Source: Gordius albopunctatus (taxonomy: Eukaryota). From it: 64,000 bases of DNA. Positions 1-13,394 of the stretch are shown in pieces. The notes beneath the pieces were generated by a model, which worked only from the letters and a program-made list of their open reading frames with translations, did no database searches and was not told where the DNA came from. The stretch is from the NCBI GenBank assembly GCA_964276515.1, contig OZ193909.1:18600001-18664000 (forward strand), written 5' to 3'. The translations under genes were made by a program, and so were the position numbers. Numbering within the stretch: the first letter of the stretch is position 1; each line of letters starts with the position of its first letter.

Positions 1-691
1 TTTTTTACTAGCTTGAAGTCAACATGATAACATGATAATTCGTAAATTATTAATACTTTAATCACATTTAATTTATAAATTTATAATTTTATTGGCGTTA
101 CCTTTAAAATTTATTCCATTATAAAACTTTAAATTAAAAATATTTTCACATTTAATCAATTTTTTGTTTTGTTATTTCTCCAATTTTTGAGATATTTTGG
201 CTCAGAATCAAAAATTAAGTTTTAATTCTTCCTAATTTTATTAATTTATTAAATATGAACACTTGGTCTTGGTTATAGTTGTTCATACGAAATTTGTTCA
301 AACAAGGGCTCAAATTAATCATTATAATCATCTTAAAAAACGTTCGAAAGCTAATTGTTTCAAAAAATTTAATTTCAACCAAGTGCTTCTAATCGTTATT
401 TTATGGTAAAAAATTCATATAATTTCAACTTCAACCTAAAACATGGCAGCTACCCTCCTCTAAATCCCAAAAATTTGTTAAAATTTATTAAAATTATGGC
501 TCATATTTCATGAAAATGATCCTTTTGCCCCTCCCTAAATCAGTATTGTCCCCCTCTAATCCCAATACTGCCTATGCCCATGACATGAGACATAATATTT
601 ATATTGAAAATCACAAAACAAACCTCATCAATTTCTGGCTTTTGATTATAAGATTATATTTATGATTTTCCTTAAATTAGCTTTTATTTAA

Positions 692-1296
692 CCCTCGAGA
701 GCACTCCTGAAAATCCCGAACGCGAGAGCATTCGTGGGGTATATTTGACCCCATTTTTTAACTTCTTATAACTTTTTAAGCATTTTTTTTAACCTTTCAA
801 ATTTTAAACATGTGTTTATAAAGGTCTTAAGATTGATGGTATAAATTTTGATATGAATCTAATCAACATTACAAAACTTATTAACGATTTTCTTGACCCC
901 CATTTTTATTTTGACTATTTTAGAGTTTTACCTCTTGACATCATATACCTTAAAATAAATCAAAATAAACGTGATTTTTTATTAAAAGAATGTTCAAAAT
1001 GTATTAAAAACACAAATTGTAAAAGATATCATCAAATAAAAAAAATACATTTTTTCCAACAGAAAAAAACTTACGTGAGAGCTTTCGTGGGGTACACAGG
1101 ACCCCTGTGGCCAAAAAGATGCTATATTTTAAAAAGTAGTGGGCCAAAAGTTATGAAACTTTCCTAAAACTTAGTTCTTGGTAAAATATTAGGCTACTGA
1201 AAAGGCCAGATCAATTCGCTTTTAAATGCGTTTTATATTTAAGTTTATAACTATCGTGGGGTCCGTGGGACCCCACGAATGCTCTCGAGTCGAGGG
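692..1296. mobile_element. piggyBac-type non-autonomous element (MITE)
   Basis: TTAA at 688-691 and 1297-1300 flanks CCCTCGA...TCGAGGG termini. Subterminal inverted repeats gagagcattcgtggggt (~724-740) and accccacgaatgctctc (~1270-1286). Confidence 0.8.
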
Positions 1297-3104
1297 TTAA
1301 ACCAAGTGGATAATTCCAAGTATAATGGTAAAAATAAAAATGAAAAATTTTCGGATTTTGTGAAATTTTTACATTTTACTTTAAGTTTGATCGTTTTAAT
1401 TGCAAATTCGTCGTTAATTCAAAAGTCTACATAATTATAAGTTATCTCATTAATCGAGAAAACTTAATTACTTTATTATCTAGCTAGACATGGTAGCATC
1501 AATATAAACTCTTAATTGTAATTATACACGGCATAAATCTGATAACAAAATTGGAATTTAAAGAATATTATAAATAAACCTTAATTTTATATTACTAAAA
1601 CGGCAAATAAATCTTTCATGTTGCCTTTTAAAAACATAAAATCAGCAGTCTTAAACGGTCTAACTAAACTAACTATTATAAAGAGGGAGATTTAGATTGT
1701 TTTAAGACAATTTTTTTAACACTATGATGGGATTTATTTTTAAACGAATAATTTAATTAAAGAGCAATGTCAAATTAATCATTATTTAACACGACAAACC
1801 CGGATCTGACCCAATCGATTTCGGGTATAATTGTAAAATGCTTTCGGGCCGGTTTGAGTTCAAGTTGAAAATTTTAAGATGCTTTCAGGCCGGGTCGGGT
1901 TCGTATGGGAAAGTTTTAAACATTTTCTAGTCAGGTTGTAGGTTAAAAAAAGTGACTTTGCAGGTCTATAAGGACTTGTCTCGGATTAATATTCAAATCG
2001 CGCAAATTCATCTTTGTCTAAATATCCGATTCAATTTCATCGGTCAAACTGGGTCGTAGGGATTAATATTTTTGTTTTTGATAGTTAAAAACGTTTTTTT
2101 TGTTTATTTTAAATCTTGAAATTAAATCCAAACGTTGCTGATACCTAAATATAATATTTAAAACATACAACATTAAAGCCTGTGAAAAATTTTGCATCTT
2201 ACAAAATCGCTTTGTTATGTTATGCGTCTCAAATGTAAATCTGTTGTCATTTCGAAGTCAAGACACGACTATGTTACAACCCGTACCACGATTATCGCTC
2301 GGCAGCAAAATCCGATATTAAGATCTTTATTTAAATAGTTAAAATATGTAAAGCGAATTTTTTATAATTGCCTAAGGATTTTTATAAAATTCAATGACTA
2401 AAATACTATTGTATATTTTATAATTTGATTTAGTTGAAGTCTATTTCATTTCGATTCCAAAAATAAAATTTTCTTATAAATTAAATATTTTAGGGTACAA
2501 TATCAAATTATGCTTATATTTGAATTGGTTAAGAAATCCATAAATTTATTTAAAATCAGCCACGGTTTATATCTCTCAAAACCGAATAAAAACACTAATA
2601 TGGGAAAGCTTGTTTAAAAATCAAGAAGAAAATTATTTTTCTAAATTAATTGCTACCTTACGAATTATCCAGGGTCAAATTATATAGGCAATATAGAGAA
2701 AAATTATTAATAATTGTGATAATTATGCTATCATCTATATAAATATTATGTAAGTTTTAGGATATCTAGAAATTGTAGCAATATTTTATCAAAATATATA
2801 ATTGTATATATCAAGATTTTTGTATTTAAAAACATAAATCTTAGATATACCTTTTAATATTTAAACTAAAATAACTTTAAAACACTTGTTATAATGCGAT
2901 AATTTCTGTAATATTATAAATTTTCTTGCAGTTTAATTTTGATACTTATAAAATTAGCAGAATGTCATTTATAATGGTAAATTCTCGTACACCAAGATAT
3001 TATTGTTTAAAAATAAAAAAAGACTATATCGCTATCGCCTGGCCAACTTTTTTTATATTAACTCAATGTCTTATTTGTGGGCCTAGCCCGACCTGAATCA
3101 TTAT

Positions 3105-3255
3105 CCTTCTTCCCCTTTATCAAGAATTTGGTGCCACAGTCATGGGGTTTGTAAAGTTTTGTTTGAAGCTATCATGATTTTAGAGTTGGCTTTTACAACC
3201 TGTTACCGACCTGACGCCAACCCTTCACTTTTTGCACACGACCTTGGGACCGTCG
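3105..3255 (-). mobile_element. RTE LINE 3' end fragment
   Basis: Reverse complement resembles the RTE tail at 17180-17230 and 20515-20570 (acaaacccca..tgtgg..c.aaat..tgataaag..gaagaag). Confidence 0.45.
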
Positions 3256-4504
3256 GATTATTTACAGCTAAATTTATAGGACTATTATAGATATAAAATA
3301 AGTCATGGGTACCATTTTATCTCGAAGAGGTTGACAGTACTTGCTAATACTATTGCTAATTATTAATTTTTTACAATAAATATATGTTTTATATGGCATT
3401 TACTTTGTTTACAACTAGTGGTTGCATATCAAATCTTGGGGCAGTAAGAGGGTAGGGTGTTGGGATGGGCAGCTGTCCTCACCTTAAATTTCAAACACCA
3501 GTGACTCAATAATATAAGAAAGATATAAAAATTTTCGAAAAAATTATTAATTTGCTCCAATAAACATTATTTTGCTTGCCTTCACCTTATTCAGATCTCA
3601 AAATGCCCATGTATTTAATAGCGCACAATCTGAGCTCTACATTAGTATTATTAATAAAGGCTAACCATTGTATCATAGTGATTACCCCTTAATCAACTTA
3701 TATGTGTGTTTATATAGCAATACCGAAATATATTTTAAAGAGGTATAAATATAAGATACGATATCGAAATTGAGATACAAACATATATACTAAGTGTCGC
3801 TCCTAGAAATGATATAGTATTCGTGTTCCCATTAGAATGTCTTGTAGTTATAATATATTCTAGTGCCATTAAAAATCTTAAACTAACATATTAAAAGAGT
3901 AAATCGAATTTTGATTATATATATATATCTTTAAAGACTGAAAATATTATTAAGAAATATCAAATTTAGTAAGTAATTGAATATGTTATAGGTGGTGGTC
4001 TTCAAACCTATCAATAAGCGTTACCAAATAATAAAAGTATAAAATGCAGTATTTAGTAGAAACATGGCTGTAGAATACTTAGTTAGATATGTTTTTATAA
4101 TCTATTTCCTTCTCAAGAGCGTAAAATTAATTGAACGTTTTAAAGTATTTTTAAGCATATAAATCTTTTATATAATTAGAATAATATTTAGAAGCCATTA
4201 AATTATCAATAGTATAAACTATAAAGCCCACGTCTCAATGTAAAAAAATTTTTTTTACAGACAAAATTTTACGTTATGGCCAATAGTTTTAATAGGTAGT
4301 AATGTAAAATGAGAATTAGATATTTGGAAGAGGGTTAAATTTTAAATATCGGTAAACTATTGATTTTGCTAAGTGTGATACCCGAGCCTATATTAATATT
4401 ATAAGTATAATAACTATCCATTAATTTATATATAAAATAAGATGCTTAACTTAATCTTTATCTAGGATCAATACCCGTTAATACTTAAACGTTTACGATA
4501 TATT

Positions 4505-4673
4505 TATGGATGTAGCCGGGGGGGCAGGGAGGGACGGCTGCCCCCATCTAAATCCATAAATTCTTTAAAATTTTACCTAATTATGGCTAAAATTTCAAAA
4601 AATAGAATAGTCATGTTGCTCCTCCCTAAATCATATTTGCCCCCCTCAAGTTCCGTTCCTTGCTACGCCCATG
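4505..4673. mobile_element. MITE family A (CATGGGCGTAGCC termini), probable hAT-derived
   Basis: tatggatgtagcc...gctacgcccatg ends. Internal ggcagggagggacggctgccccc..taaatcc..ttgcccccctc is shared with copies at ~442-582, 34703-34858, 37694-37848, 53651-53815 and partial copies (~37385-37475, ~42160-42270, ~54120-54290). Confidence 0.7.
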
Positions 4674-4744
4674 TATATTAAAATATATTTTGTTTGGAAT
4701 TTTGCTTATTTATCAAAATCTGTATAATTAGTTGTTTATTTAAG

Positions 4745-5700
4745 GATCATTCTGGGATTTAATATGTTCTGTCTTCTTTTTTATCAAGTATTTAACCAAC
4801 TGTGTGTTCTTTAAATCCTAACAACAGGGTGCCTGTTATGATTAATTATCCTATGTAGCCGCTCCCATTAATTGATTTTCATGCCATAATATTTCTATTC
4901 ATTCTTTTTTCACTTCTTTAAATACTCTCCTCATTGTTTCCTCGTATAGTACTCTATCATCGACATATAGCACACACCAAGAACATGGCTCTTTTTCGTG
5001 CCTTAGTGCAGGTTTTGATAAAATCCAGTTAATAGCCAAAAGATATTAGTCTCCCTACTGTCATCTTAAAGCAATTTAAGGCTTCACAAACTATACAAAG
5101 GTAATATGAATATATGAGTATACCCTCAACATCTTTGAAATAACCAAACTTTTTAAACTTTCTACTTTTATAATTCACAATATTCTCCTCCCACTTTTAT
5201 AATTTGAGTATCGCCAAGTAGTAAATTTAGGCTTTTGTAAACCTTCTCCCCTTTCATTTTCTAGGCCATCTTCATGCCCTTTTTTATTTTAGTCTTATTT
5301 GTGGCATTATTTTCTCATGTGGCTGTTGAAACTGCCCCTATAATTCTTTGCCTAATGTAGTATTCCTTTTATCCTCTAAATACATTGAACCATTTCCATA
5401 CACCCAATTAGCCAATATATGCACACACCACGTTAGAAGGCTTCCCATCTTTGAGATTCAGGCCTATTAATCAGTCTATAATCTGAATATGATTTGACTT
5501 CTATTTGGCCTTTGAACAATTTTGTTAAAGACCCTGCTTCTATATTGTCCGTTCCACCTTGTCACTTGTAGGCAGGCTTTTTTGTATCTTTTTTTTATAG
5601 TTGCTATGCAACTTCTACGCCGACTTTATATGTCCTCTCCCCTCCTAATAACAAATATTGTGTGCCGTGCAATAGCATCTTCTTAATATTTTTCTTACAA
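4745..5700 (-). mobile_element. degraded RTE-like LINE fragment (RT region)
   Basis: Minus strand near 4955-4985 reads WCVLYVDD, matching the (P)WCMLYADD RT motif of the RTE copy at ~13095. Many stops and frameshifts. Confidence 0.5.
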
Positions 5701-6549
5701 AAATATACACTCCCATGCCAATAAGATAGGCAGATATTAAAAATCAGAATTCTTTAGATTTCTCTGAATAAAAGTTGACAAGAAATAAAGCGAGAAGAGC
5801 TAGGGCGCCCTTCTCAAATGAGCCGTGTTAAGCGCCCGTGTCATTCGAAAATTCATTAAGGGTTACTACATTTTACGCAGACGAACATAGTTAACGAAAC
5901 AAGTTTGCCAAAGACAAGATTGAGAGTGGGCTGTTGAAACGGTGATAGCGAAATGCAAAGGGTTGCTAACTCATCATCAAACGACGTTTTTTAGCGGGCA
6001 CATAAGAAATAAGTTGAAAAGGATCAAATAAATTAAAAATAGATGAGTAGAAAAATGTGACAATCATATTTGCTTCACATCTGCAAGATAAATTAAGAAC
6101 CATAAGGTTTAAACTTTGTATAGAAGAATAAATTCAGGATGCACACATCTGTAAAATTAAAATTTGTGGGAAGAATTTAACGAAACTTTTGGTATAATAC
6201 CAAAAACGAGATAATTACAAATTGAAAAGATATGAATGTATACATCTGCAAAACACGAGTCGAGCGGCATCATAGTGGAATTGGACAGGGATCGAGATAC
6301 GAGGAAGGCTATATTTAAGATATCTGCGGCATTTAATTGGTCCATTAGAAATAGTTTAGCAAAAAAGAATTTTAATCCCCTAATAATGTAAATAAATGAA
6401 AATCGGTCTTTCCATATCGAGTCTCTAAATTTAAAGGAATCAATAAATATACCTAACTCTAAGGTTATACCAGGTGACGCCTTTGCAGCCTAACCATAGA
6501 CTAATAATACAATAGACTAGCGAATAGCTGAATTTTCATCAAATTTATC

Positions 6550-7637
6550 TAGTGCTGTAAACATTTGTAAAAAAAATCGAACGCTTTCGCGTTCAACGTT
6601 CATTGACAAAAATCGAACGCGTTCACGTTCACGTTCGTCTAAAAAGAAAAGGAACGCGTTCACGTTCGTTCAAAATTTTATGATACATTTTTTTAAAGTT
6701 TAATTTAATATAAATAAATGTCTTATATTTTTTAATACAATAAATAGCCATGATAAAAAATAATAGTTTTATTTCAACAATATAATTATAAATCAATATA
6801 ATCTATTTTCTTATTTATTTTTAATAATAATTGTTTTTAAAAATTGTCTTCTGATAAGCAGGAACGCTTGGCAGTTAATACAGCATTAGCTATACTAAAA
6901 ACCTGCTCCACAGGGGCAGATGAGGGGATTGGAGTATTATACTTAATAAACAAAATTTTAAAGGAGGAAATTTATTAAAAACTTTTAATGTTTGGTCCCT
7001 CGCTTCAAAAAATTGCGACAAGATATCATCCTCCAATGCGCCCTCTACTTCCTCGCCAAAAAATGATATCTCGGAATTGACAGCTCTTTCATTATCAATT
7101 CTAGGGGTTTCAATCCCTTTTTTCAATAACACTAAAAGTTTATTCTTTATAGATTCATTTTAATTATTGAATTTGATCTTTTATATGAAACGAGTGAAAA
7201 ATATTTTTCATATTTTGGCCATGGCAATTTCAATTCATCTACTGATTTTGAATATTCAGAATCTGAAGATGACGACGATATAATATTATGATTGTCCATA
7301 TTAACCTATAAATTAAACTATAATTAATAATATCAAACTAATTAACCTTAATCTTATCTTCTTTTGCACGTTATAGTATGTTAAAAGTATTTCGGAATTG
7401 GTAATAGGAAACAGGAAAAACAGCTGATTAAAAAATATATTACTTTTTTGTTAAAAATTCGGATTGACATTAATTTTCAAATAAATAAAAACAAAAAAGG
7501 GTTTTTAAAATTGAACGAACGTTAAATTCGAACGCGTTCATCAAAAAAGGAACGCGTTCACGTTCAAAGTTCACCAAAAAATAAAATAACGCCGTTCATG
7601 AACGCGTTCAATTTGAACGCGTTCACTTACAGCACTA
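6550..7637 (-). mobile_element. non-autonomous hAT DNA transposon with transposase C-terminal remnant
   Basis: 11-bp TIR tagtgctgtaa/ttacagcacta, perfect 8-bp TSD aatttatc (6542-6549, 7638-7645), subterminal gaacgcgttc repeats. Minus strand near 6880-6945 reads KYNTPIPSSAPVEQVFSIA (hAT dimerisation motif). Confidence 0.9.
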
Positions 7638-8185
7638 AATTTATCAATTAATTTAGAACGCATTTTATGTGAGGACTTCTATTTTTTGAAACTTAAATAT
7701 AATGTAGCATAGATGGCGCTAATGTTAACTTTAGCCATAATGTATTGTGTCCTCAAATATGGAACGTTTTACATAATTGTACTAATTATAAGGTAGTCTT
7801 AAATTTAATTCACTTAACATAAGTTTTTTCCCCTTGTTAAAGGCTTTTCTAATGTGATATTAGCTTTAGATAATTTTTTTAAAATATAATAATCACTGCG
7901 ATCTACCACCTCACTTAATGTGGAATTCCAATGCCGGCTAAAGTTTTGCCGTTAAATAAATAATGACCTTGAAATTATTTTTCTCGCCCTAATTCTAGGC
8001 CAAAAACCGTAGTTATTTTTACGCCCGACTTCATCCTGGCCCGACATCTTTTCTTTTCAACTGGTTTTTGATACACTCATTTAAAAAAGAATGTCACCTC
8101 TTCCATCCTACCCATTTTCCTCCTTTTGTTACATTTAAAAATTGTACCGCTTTAAAAACCGAGTTATTTAGGGAGGAATCGGAAT

Positions 8186-8610
8186 TAGAGATTAGCACGG
8201 GCAGGCCGGGCCCCCAGGCGGGTAGTGATGGGCTTTGAAAAAAAATTATTACTGGGCTCGGGCGGGCCAAAAAAGTTTAACAAGGGCCCGGTCGGGCCTA
8301 ACAAGTTTCATAACGGGGTCGGCCGGGCCTAAAATTCCTTAAACGATCCCAGAATTTATTTTATAATTGGGATAGAATTTTTTTACATTCTTTAAATACG
8401 ATTACGTAATATTCAAAACAAAAAGTATTGACGACAAAATATAATTAAATGGCCTTAATCCCAAGATTAAAATGGAAATGGTGTTTATATTTATTTAATC
8501 AATGCACAATTTGGAAACATTCTTACCTAACACATTTATTCATTTTGCATTTCTTGCTTTATTAATTATAACCAATCGAATTATAATTTTATTTCCTAGT
8601 ATATGACTAC
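8186..8610. mobile_element. truncated hAT-like MITE, same family as 46336-47321
   Basis: Begins tagagattagcacgggcaggc, with gggcgggccaaaaaa and later atggccttaat and atatgactacact blocks also present in the 46336 copy. Confidence 0.55.
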
Positions 8611-8829
8611 ACTAATAGGAGTAGCTAGGGAGAGCCACTTCCCCCCCTCCCTCCCGCCTCCTAAATGAAATTTTTATTAATACAAATAGCCCTAAAAATA
8701 GAAAAATCATGTCCCCTCCCCCTAATTCAACGTAACTCTAATTAATATAGACATTTATTATCAAATTTACACTGAAATTTAAATTATCTTACAAGTTTAA
8801 TGTGTACTAAGATTTATTAAAACGTTAAC

Positions 8830-10650
8830 GGATGTAATTGGTTGATCCCTGTATGAATATCTTTATTTAACGATATTGTGACCTTTTGCCTGATAAAAAA
8901 TTAATCTTTAATATCTAACGAGGCGTTATAGATCGCTTTTCCAACCAGTTTCAAGAGAGCGAGAGCTTCAATGCCTAAGTTTCCGATTGTGATTGCTACT
9001 ACTAAAATGAATATTAGGTCCGTGAGGCTGTTCTCTGCACTGACTATAGCCAAATATGTCGACCGTGGTAAGTCCCGAGTGAGATTCAGCCCATGGGGCC
9101 ATGAAATAATGAGTGTGACGGCATCTGGTCATTTCCAGTCGGTTTTAAGGCCGACGGGCTCGAAGGTGTTTGGATAGTCAGCCTTCCTAAAGTACTGGCC
9201 GATGAATTTTGATTTTGTGGATCGCCGTGGGCCTGGGGTTGAGGCCTTGGCTGTATTTGTAATGAAGGAAACGATGTCCATTGGGTTGGACATAGAGGTG
9301 GGCGCGGGCCTAATTTTTTATTCACGGCCCGCCCACTCACGGTGGTATTAAAAAAATTCACGCCCACTCACGAAAGGCAATATTTTGATTCACGCACGTC
9401 ACGCCCGAAAATTCACGGTGTTTTTAAATTTTTCAAAATTGGTAATGGTAACCTATAATTATACACTTTGTTGAATTTATTCTATTTATTTCTATAATTC
9501 CATAACAAAAAATAATTACAATTTATAAATCGAAATTTTTATTTAAAAAAAGAATAATATCCAAGTTTTTTGATTTTAATTGAGTACGCCTTTCCTCCAA
9601 CAAGCGATTGGCTACAGAGAACTATCTTTCACTAGATGCCGAACTTGCAGGGGCCGATAAAATTTTACTCGCTAATTTTTTCAAAAAAGGAAACGAATTT
9701 TTATGCTTCCAAAACTTCAAAATACTATCATTATTATTTGTCTTTTGAGCGATGAATCTTTTAAGTTCATCCTCGCAGCTTTCTTCAATAGATGGTGAGG
9801 GTTCATCAGTATCATCTAGAAATTCTCTAAATGTTTCATTTAGAATATTAGGTTTCTTGTGAGTGTAGGACGAATCATGACAGCTATTCATATCATATTT
9901 TATGACATTTAGCATTTTTATGGTAGTTTTATATATATCAACTTGCCGAAAACAATCTCGCCAAATTTAATGTCCCACAGAATAATAAATAATATATATA
10001 TATTTTAAAATTATAAATCTGCAAATTTATATTAATAAAAAACAATTTTAAAAATTAAAATCTCCGTGATTTATGGAAATTTGTGTTCACGCCTCCGTGA
10101 TTTATGGAAAATTTTGGAAAGGCCCGTCACGCCAGTCACGCCTACTAATTTAAAATTTCTTCACATTCACGCCGTAATTTCACGGCCCGCGCCCACCTCT
10201 AGTTGGACAGGCTGTTTGCAGAGATCGCATGCGAATGGAAATACGATGTCACAGCCGAGCCGGAGGCCTATGGCAATGCGCTCTTCCCAAGATATATGGA
10301 CTCCCAAACTCCTGCTCGGTTGTGTTTCGAGCCATTCGTAATCGCTCTTGAGAAGTGTTGAGGGATTATTTGAGGTATCCCTGCTGTATATTTTAAATTT
10401 CAGATGGTTGAATTGAAGCCCTGTTAAATCTGAAAAGGATTCGATAATCGGCGTTATTGAAATTAAATATTGTTGAAAGGCTGAATCTTTATACACATAA
10501 ACTCTTAGGACTGGGATACAATAATCGAATAGTGAGGCAAACGTGTATATCAAACGCATATATAAGTTACAACCAATTAAAGATAATTTGATCGACAACA
10601 CGCAGGTAAATAACGTATCCCCGGAGGCACATCGCACTCCTAATACCTCT
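8830..10650 (-). mobile_element. degraded CRE-like (restriction-like endonuclease) non-LTR retrotransposon 3' part, split by a hAT insertion
   Basis: Minus strand reads IAIGLRLGCDIVFPFACDLCKQPVQ and, across the insertion, PNGHRFLH (CCHC knuckle region), then EPVGL...PDAVTL..W (PD-(D/E) endonuclease region). Similar to 18015-18385 and 60290-61170. Confidence 0.7.
9293..10201 (-). mobile_element. internally deleted hAT DNA transposon
   Basis: Perfect 18-bp TIR tagaggtgggcgcgggcc, perfect 8-bp TSD gttggaca (9285-9292, 10202-10209). ORF 9622-9915 has ILKFWK..FPFLKKLASKILSAPASSASSER (hAT dimerisation domain). Confidence 0.95.
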
Positions 10651-11419
10651 CTACAAATATTAATATGAGATTAATAGTTGCGTTTGTGTAATCATTCATT
10701 TATTTTTCATTTTACTATCAAATTGAAATTCAAATAGATTATAAATTATTTGCAAGTCAAATTGCAAGTTGTATTTGGACATATAAAATGTTTATTTTAA
10801 AAGTATTCATGAATGGTATACTTTACATTGAGAAAATATGATCCAAAGTTATATAGTGTGTAAATGATACCGCGAAAATTGGCTCTTAAATAGGTCGTGT
10901 ATTATAATTTCAAAATATTATAAAATTTCGGAATTAATATGTAATAGTTGGCGGGCCAAGTAGATTTAACGAGGCCACAATCATATTTAGCGAATTTTTA
11001 ATATCGTCAAGTCTCTCGTTAGACAGTGGATAAAATCATGGTAAATATCTTCGCAGTAAGTCAAAAAATAGCTAAAAATTTGGATTTATAATCAAATCCT
11101 CCTCAGCGGCAAAAATACCGCTCTAATTTGACTTCACACTTTCTTAAGATTATTGGAAAATTAAAAAGCTATCTTAATTCCTTATCTCGACTCTTTTATA
11201 ACATATCTGTAAAAATCGACTGCAACCTCATGATAGTTTCAAACGAAACTTTACAACATAAAGCTAGGGCCTCCTCCACAAACGAAGCGCACTGCATATA
11301 TCGCCCGTGCAATGAAAAATACATTAGGGTATTTACAACTTCGGCGGTTAAGTAAATTAGTTGTGGATAGAATGCGAATAAGGTGCTGGAATTGGCACGT
11401 TGGCGGGAAAGAGCGTTGA

Positions 11420-13394
11420 GGCTGCACAAATGCGAAAAAGAAAAATGGTACACATTGCTTGCCTATAAGAGACGAGGTGGAATGGAATTAAAGATAGGGA
11501 GTTAGGAAAGGGTTAAAAACTCTTCTATAGTAGGTCACCAAATAGTAGAATCAGGTCGGTATTGTTATAAGCAGATCGTTCAAGGATAAGGTGCAGGAAG
11601 TCAAACTTTGTTCGGGCAGGTAAATGTGGATGAGAATTGCAGATCAAGGAGGCCTCCTCGGTTATAAACAACATCATGGATGATATGGGCATGGCTTGAA
11701 GAACACGAAGGAAAAAAATTCTTCAAGTCTCCGAAAATACTAAATGGCAACCGTTAACACATTTTCAAAAGTGTGAAGATCCTATTGTAACTTACAGAAG
11801 AGGTGAGTATTTTATTCGAATCGACTATTTGCTTATAAAAGAATGAAAAGTAATACAGGTAGCGATGAACAATAAACACCATCAGAAAGCATCCACACTG
11901 TTGGGTGCCAGAAAGTTGAAAAGGTTCATAGACAATGATTTGGAGACCCTAACTGTAGAAGCAAACGGCAATTCGCGTTCTTGGACAGACCAAAGGAGGC
12001 AAAGCTATGAATAGGGAACCATAGTGGTGGGATCAATTGGTTAGGGATTTTATCGGAAGAAAGAAAAATTTAGATAAACGTTGGTATAATTACAAAAAAT
12101 TTGAGGATTATCAGGTGTATAGGGAGGCAAAGAAAACGGCAAAAACTGCCATTGCAAGAGCTAAGATTGCCGCGTACACCGAGATGGCAAACAAACTAGA
12201 TCTTAAAGGGCGCGATAGGCTTCTGTACAAATTGGCTAAGATAAGGGAGAAGAGTAGTCGCAATATCGGAGTTCTTAAAATAGTCAAAAAACGAGAAGGT
12301 TCAAACCTTATTTAAACCGATAGAAGTGATAGAAAGGTGGAAAGAATATTTTAAGAAACATATGAATATTGCAAACGACAAAGATTCCCTTGGCGATATT
12401 GAGCCAAACATAAGTATGGTCGAACTCATTCAGGAGGATGAGGTTAGAACACAAATGAACAAATTGCAAAAAGAAAAAGCTAATGGCTCAGATGGAATAT
12501 CTATGGAAGCATTGCTCGGATGCCATTAAGAAGAAGTCACGACCATGCCGAACCTCCTTAACAAGATATTGGTAGAAGAGCGAATTCCTAATCAATGGAA
12601 GGCAAGCACAATTATATCCTTATTTAAAGGCAAATGAGACCCTTAGGACTGTGTCAATTACAGAGGTTTCAAGCTAACTTGCCACTCCTTGAAGCTTATG
12701 GAAAGTATCTTAGTAACAAGGCTGAAAAACGAGGTGGAAATAACGGGTAACCAATTCGGATTTGTGACCGGCAAATCCACAATCGACCCAAACTTCGCAC
12801 TAATATAAATGATGGATAAATATGGTGAAAGGAGAAAAGACCTAAATATGGTCTTTATCGATTTGGACAAAGCTCATGATACCTGTCCCTGGCTATTTAA
12901 TATGGTATCCCTGACTCATATATACGGCTTATAAAAAATATATATGAAAACTCAAACTCCTGCGTTAGGACGACAGTGGGAGACTCTAAACCTTTTCTGG
13001 TTGAAATTGGAATACATCAAAGATCTGCTTTAAGTCCCTTTTTATTTAAAATAATTATAGACACGATAACAATAGACATTCAAAAGTCATCGTCATGGTG
13101 TATGCTCTATGCCGATGATATAGTACTATGCGAGTAAACAAAGGATAAATTATTTGAAGAAGCCGAAAAGTAGCCAAAGCGCTTAGCTGGATATGGTTTA
13201 AAGGTCAGCAATCTAAAAACGGTATACATATAGATAAACATTACAGGCACTCCATCAAAAGTACCCAAATGTAGACAGGTCTACATACAAGTCAATACCC
13301 GGATTCAAAAAGAATTGCTTTAATGAAGAATTATACCTGGTGTAATGTGTGATAAGAAAATGACTGTATGGTTGAAAAGCAAAGCTTAAAAAGA
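11420..13394 (+). mobile_element. RTE-clade LINE relic, 5' part (endonuclease remnant and RT)
   Basis: Frameshifted ORFs 12037-12529 (AKKTAKTAIARAK, LYKLAK, ERWKEYF, KANGSDGI), then NYRG, NQFGFVTGKST, MVFIDLDKA, GIHQ.SALSPFLF, WCMLYADD. Breaks at KSK and resumes at 19773. Confidence 0.85.

Noticed and set aside
853..1167. 104-aa ORF with a CxxC motif
   Set aside because: Lies inside the piggyBac-type MITE; at most a transposase tail remnant, not a host gene.
5900..6500. Stop-riddled + strand segment resembling a LINE ORF1 (GIIVELD..RKAIFK..INEN)
   Set aside because: Similarity is too weak to call without a profile search.
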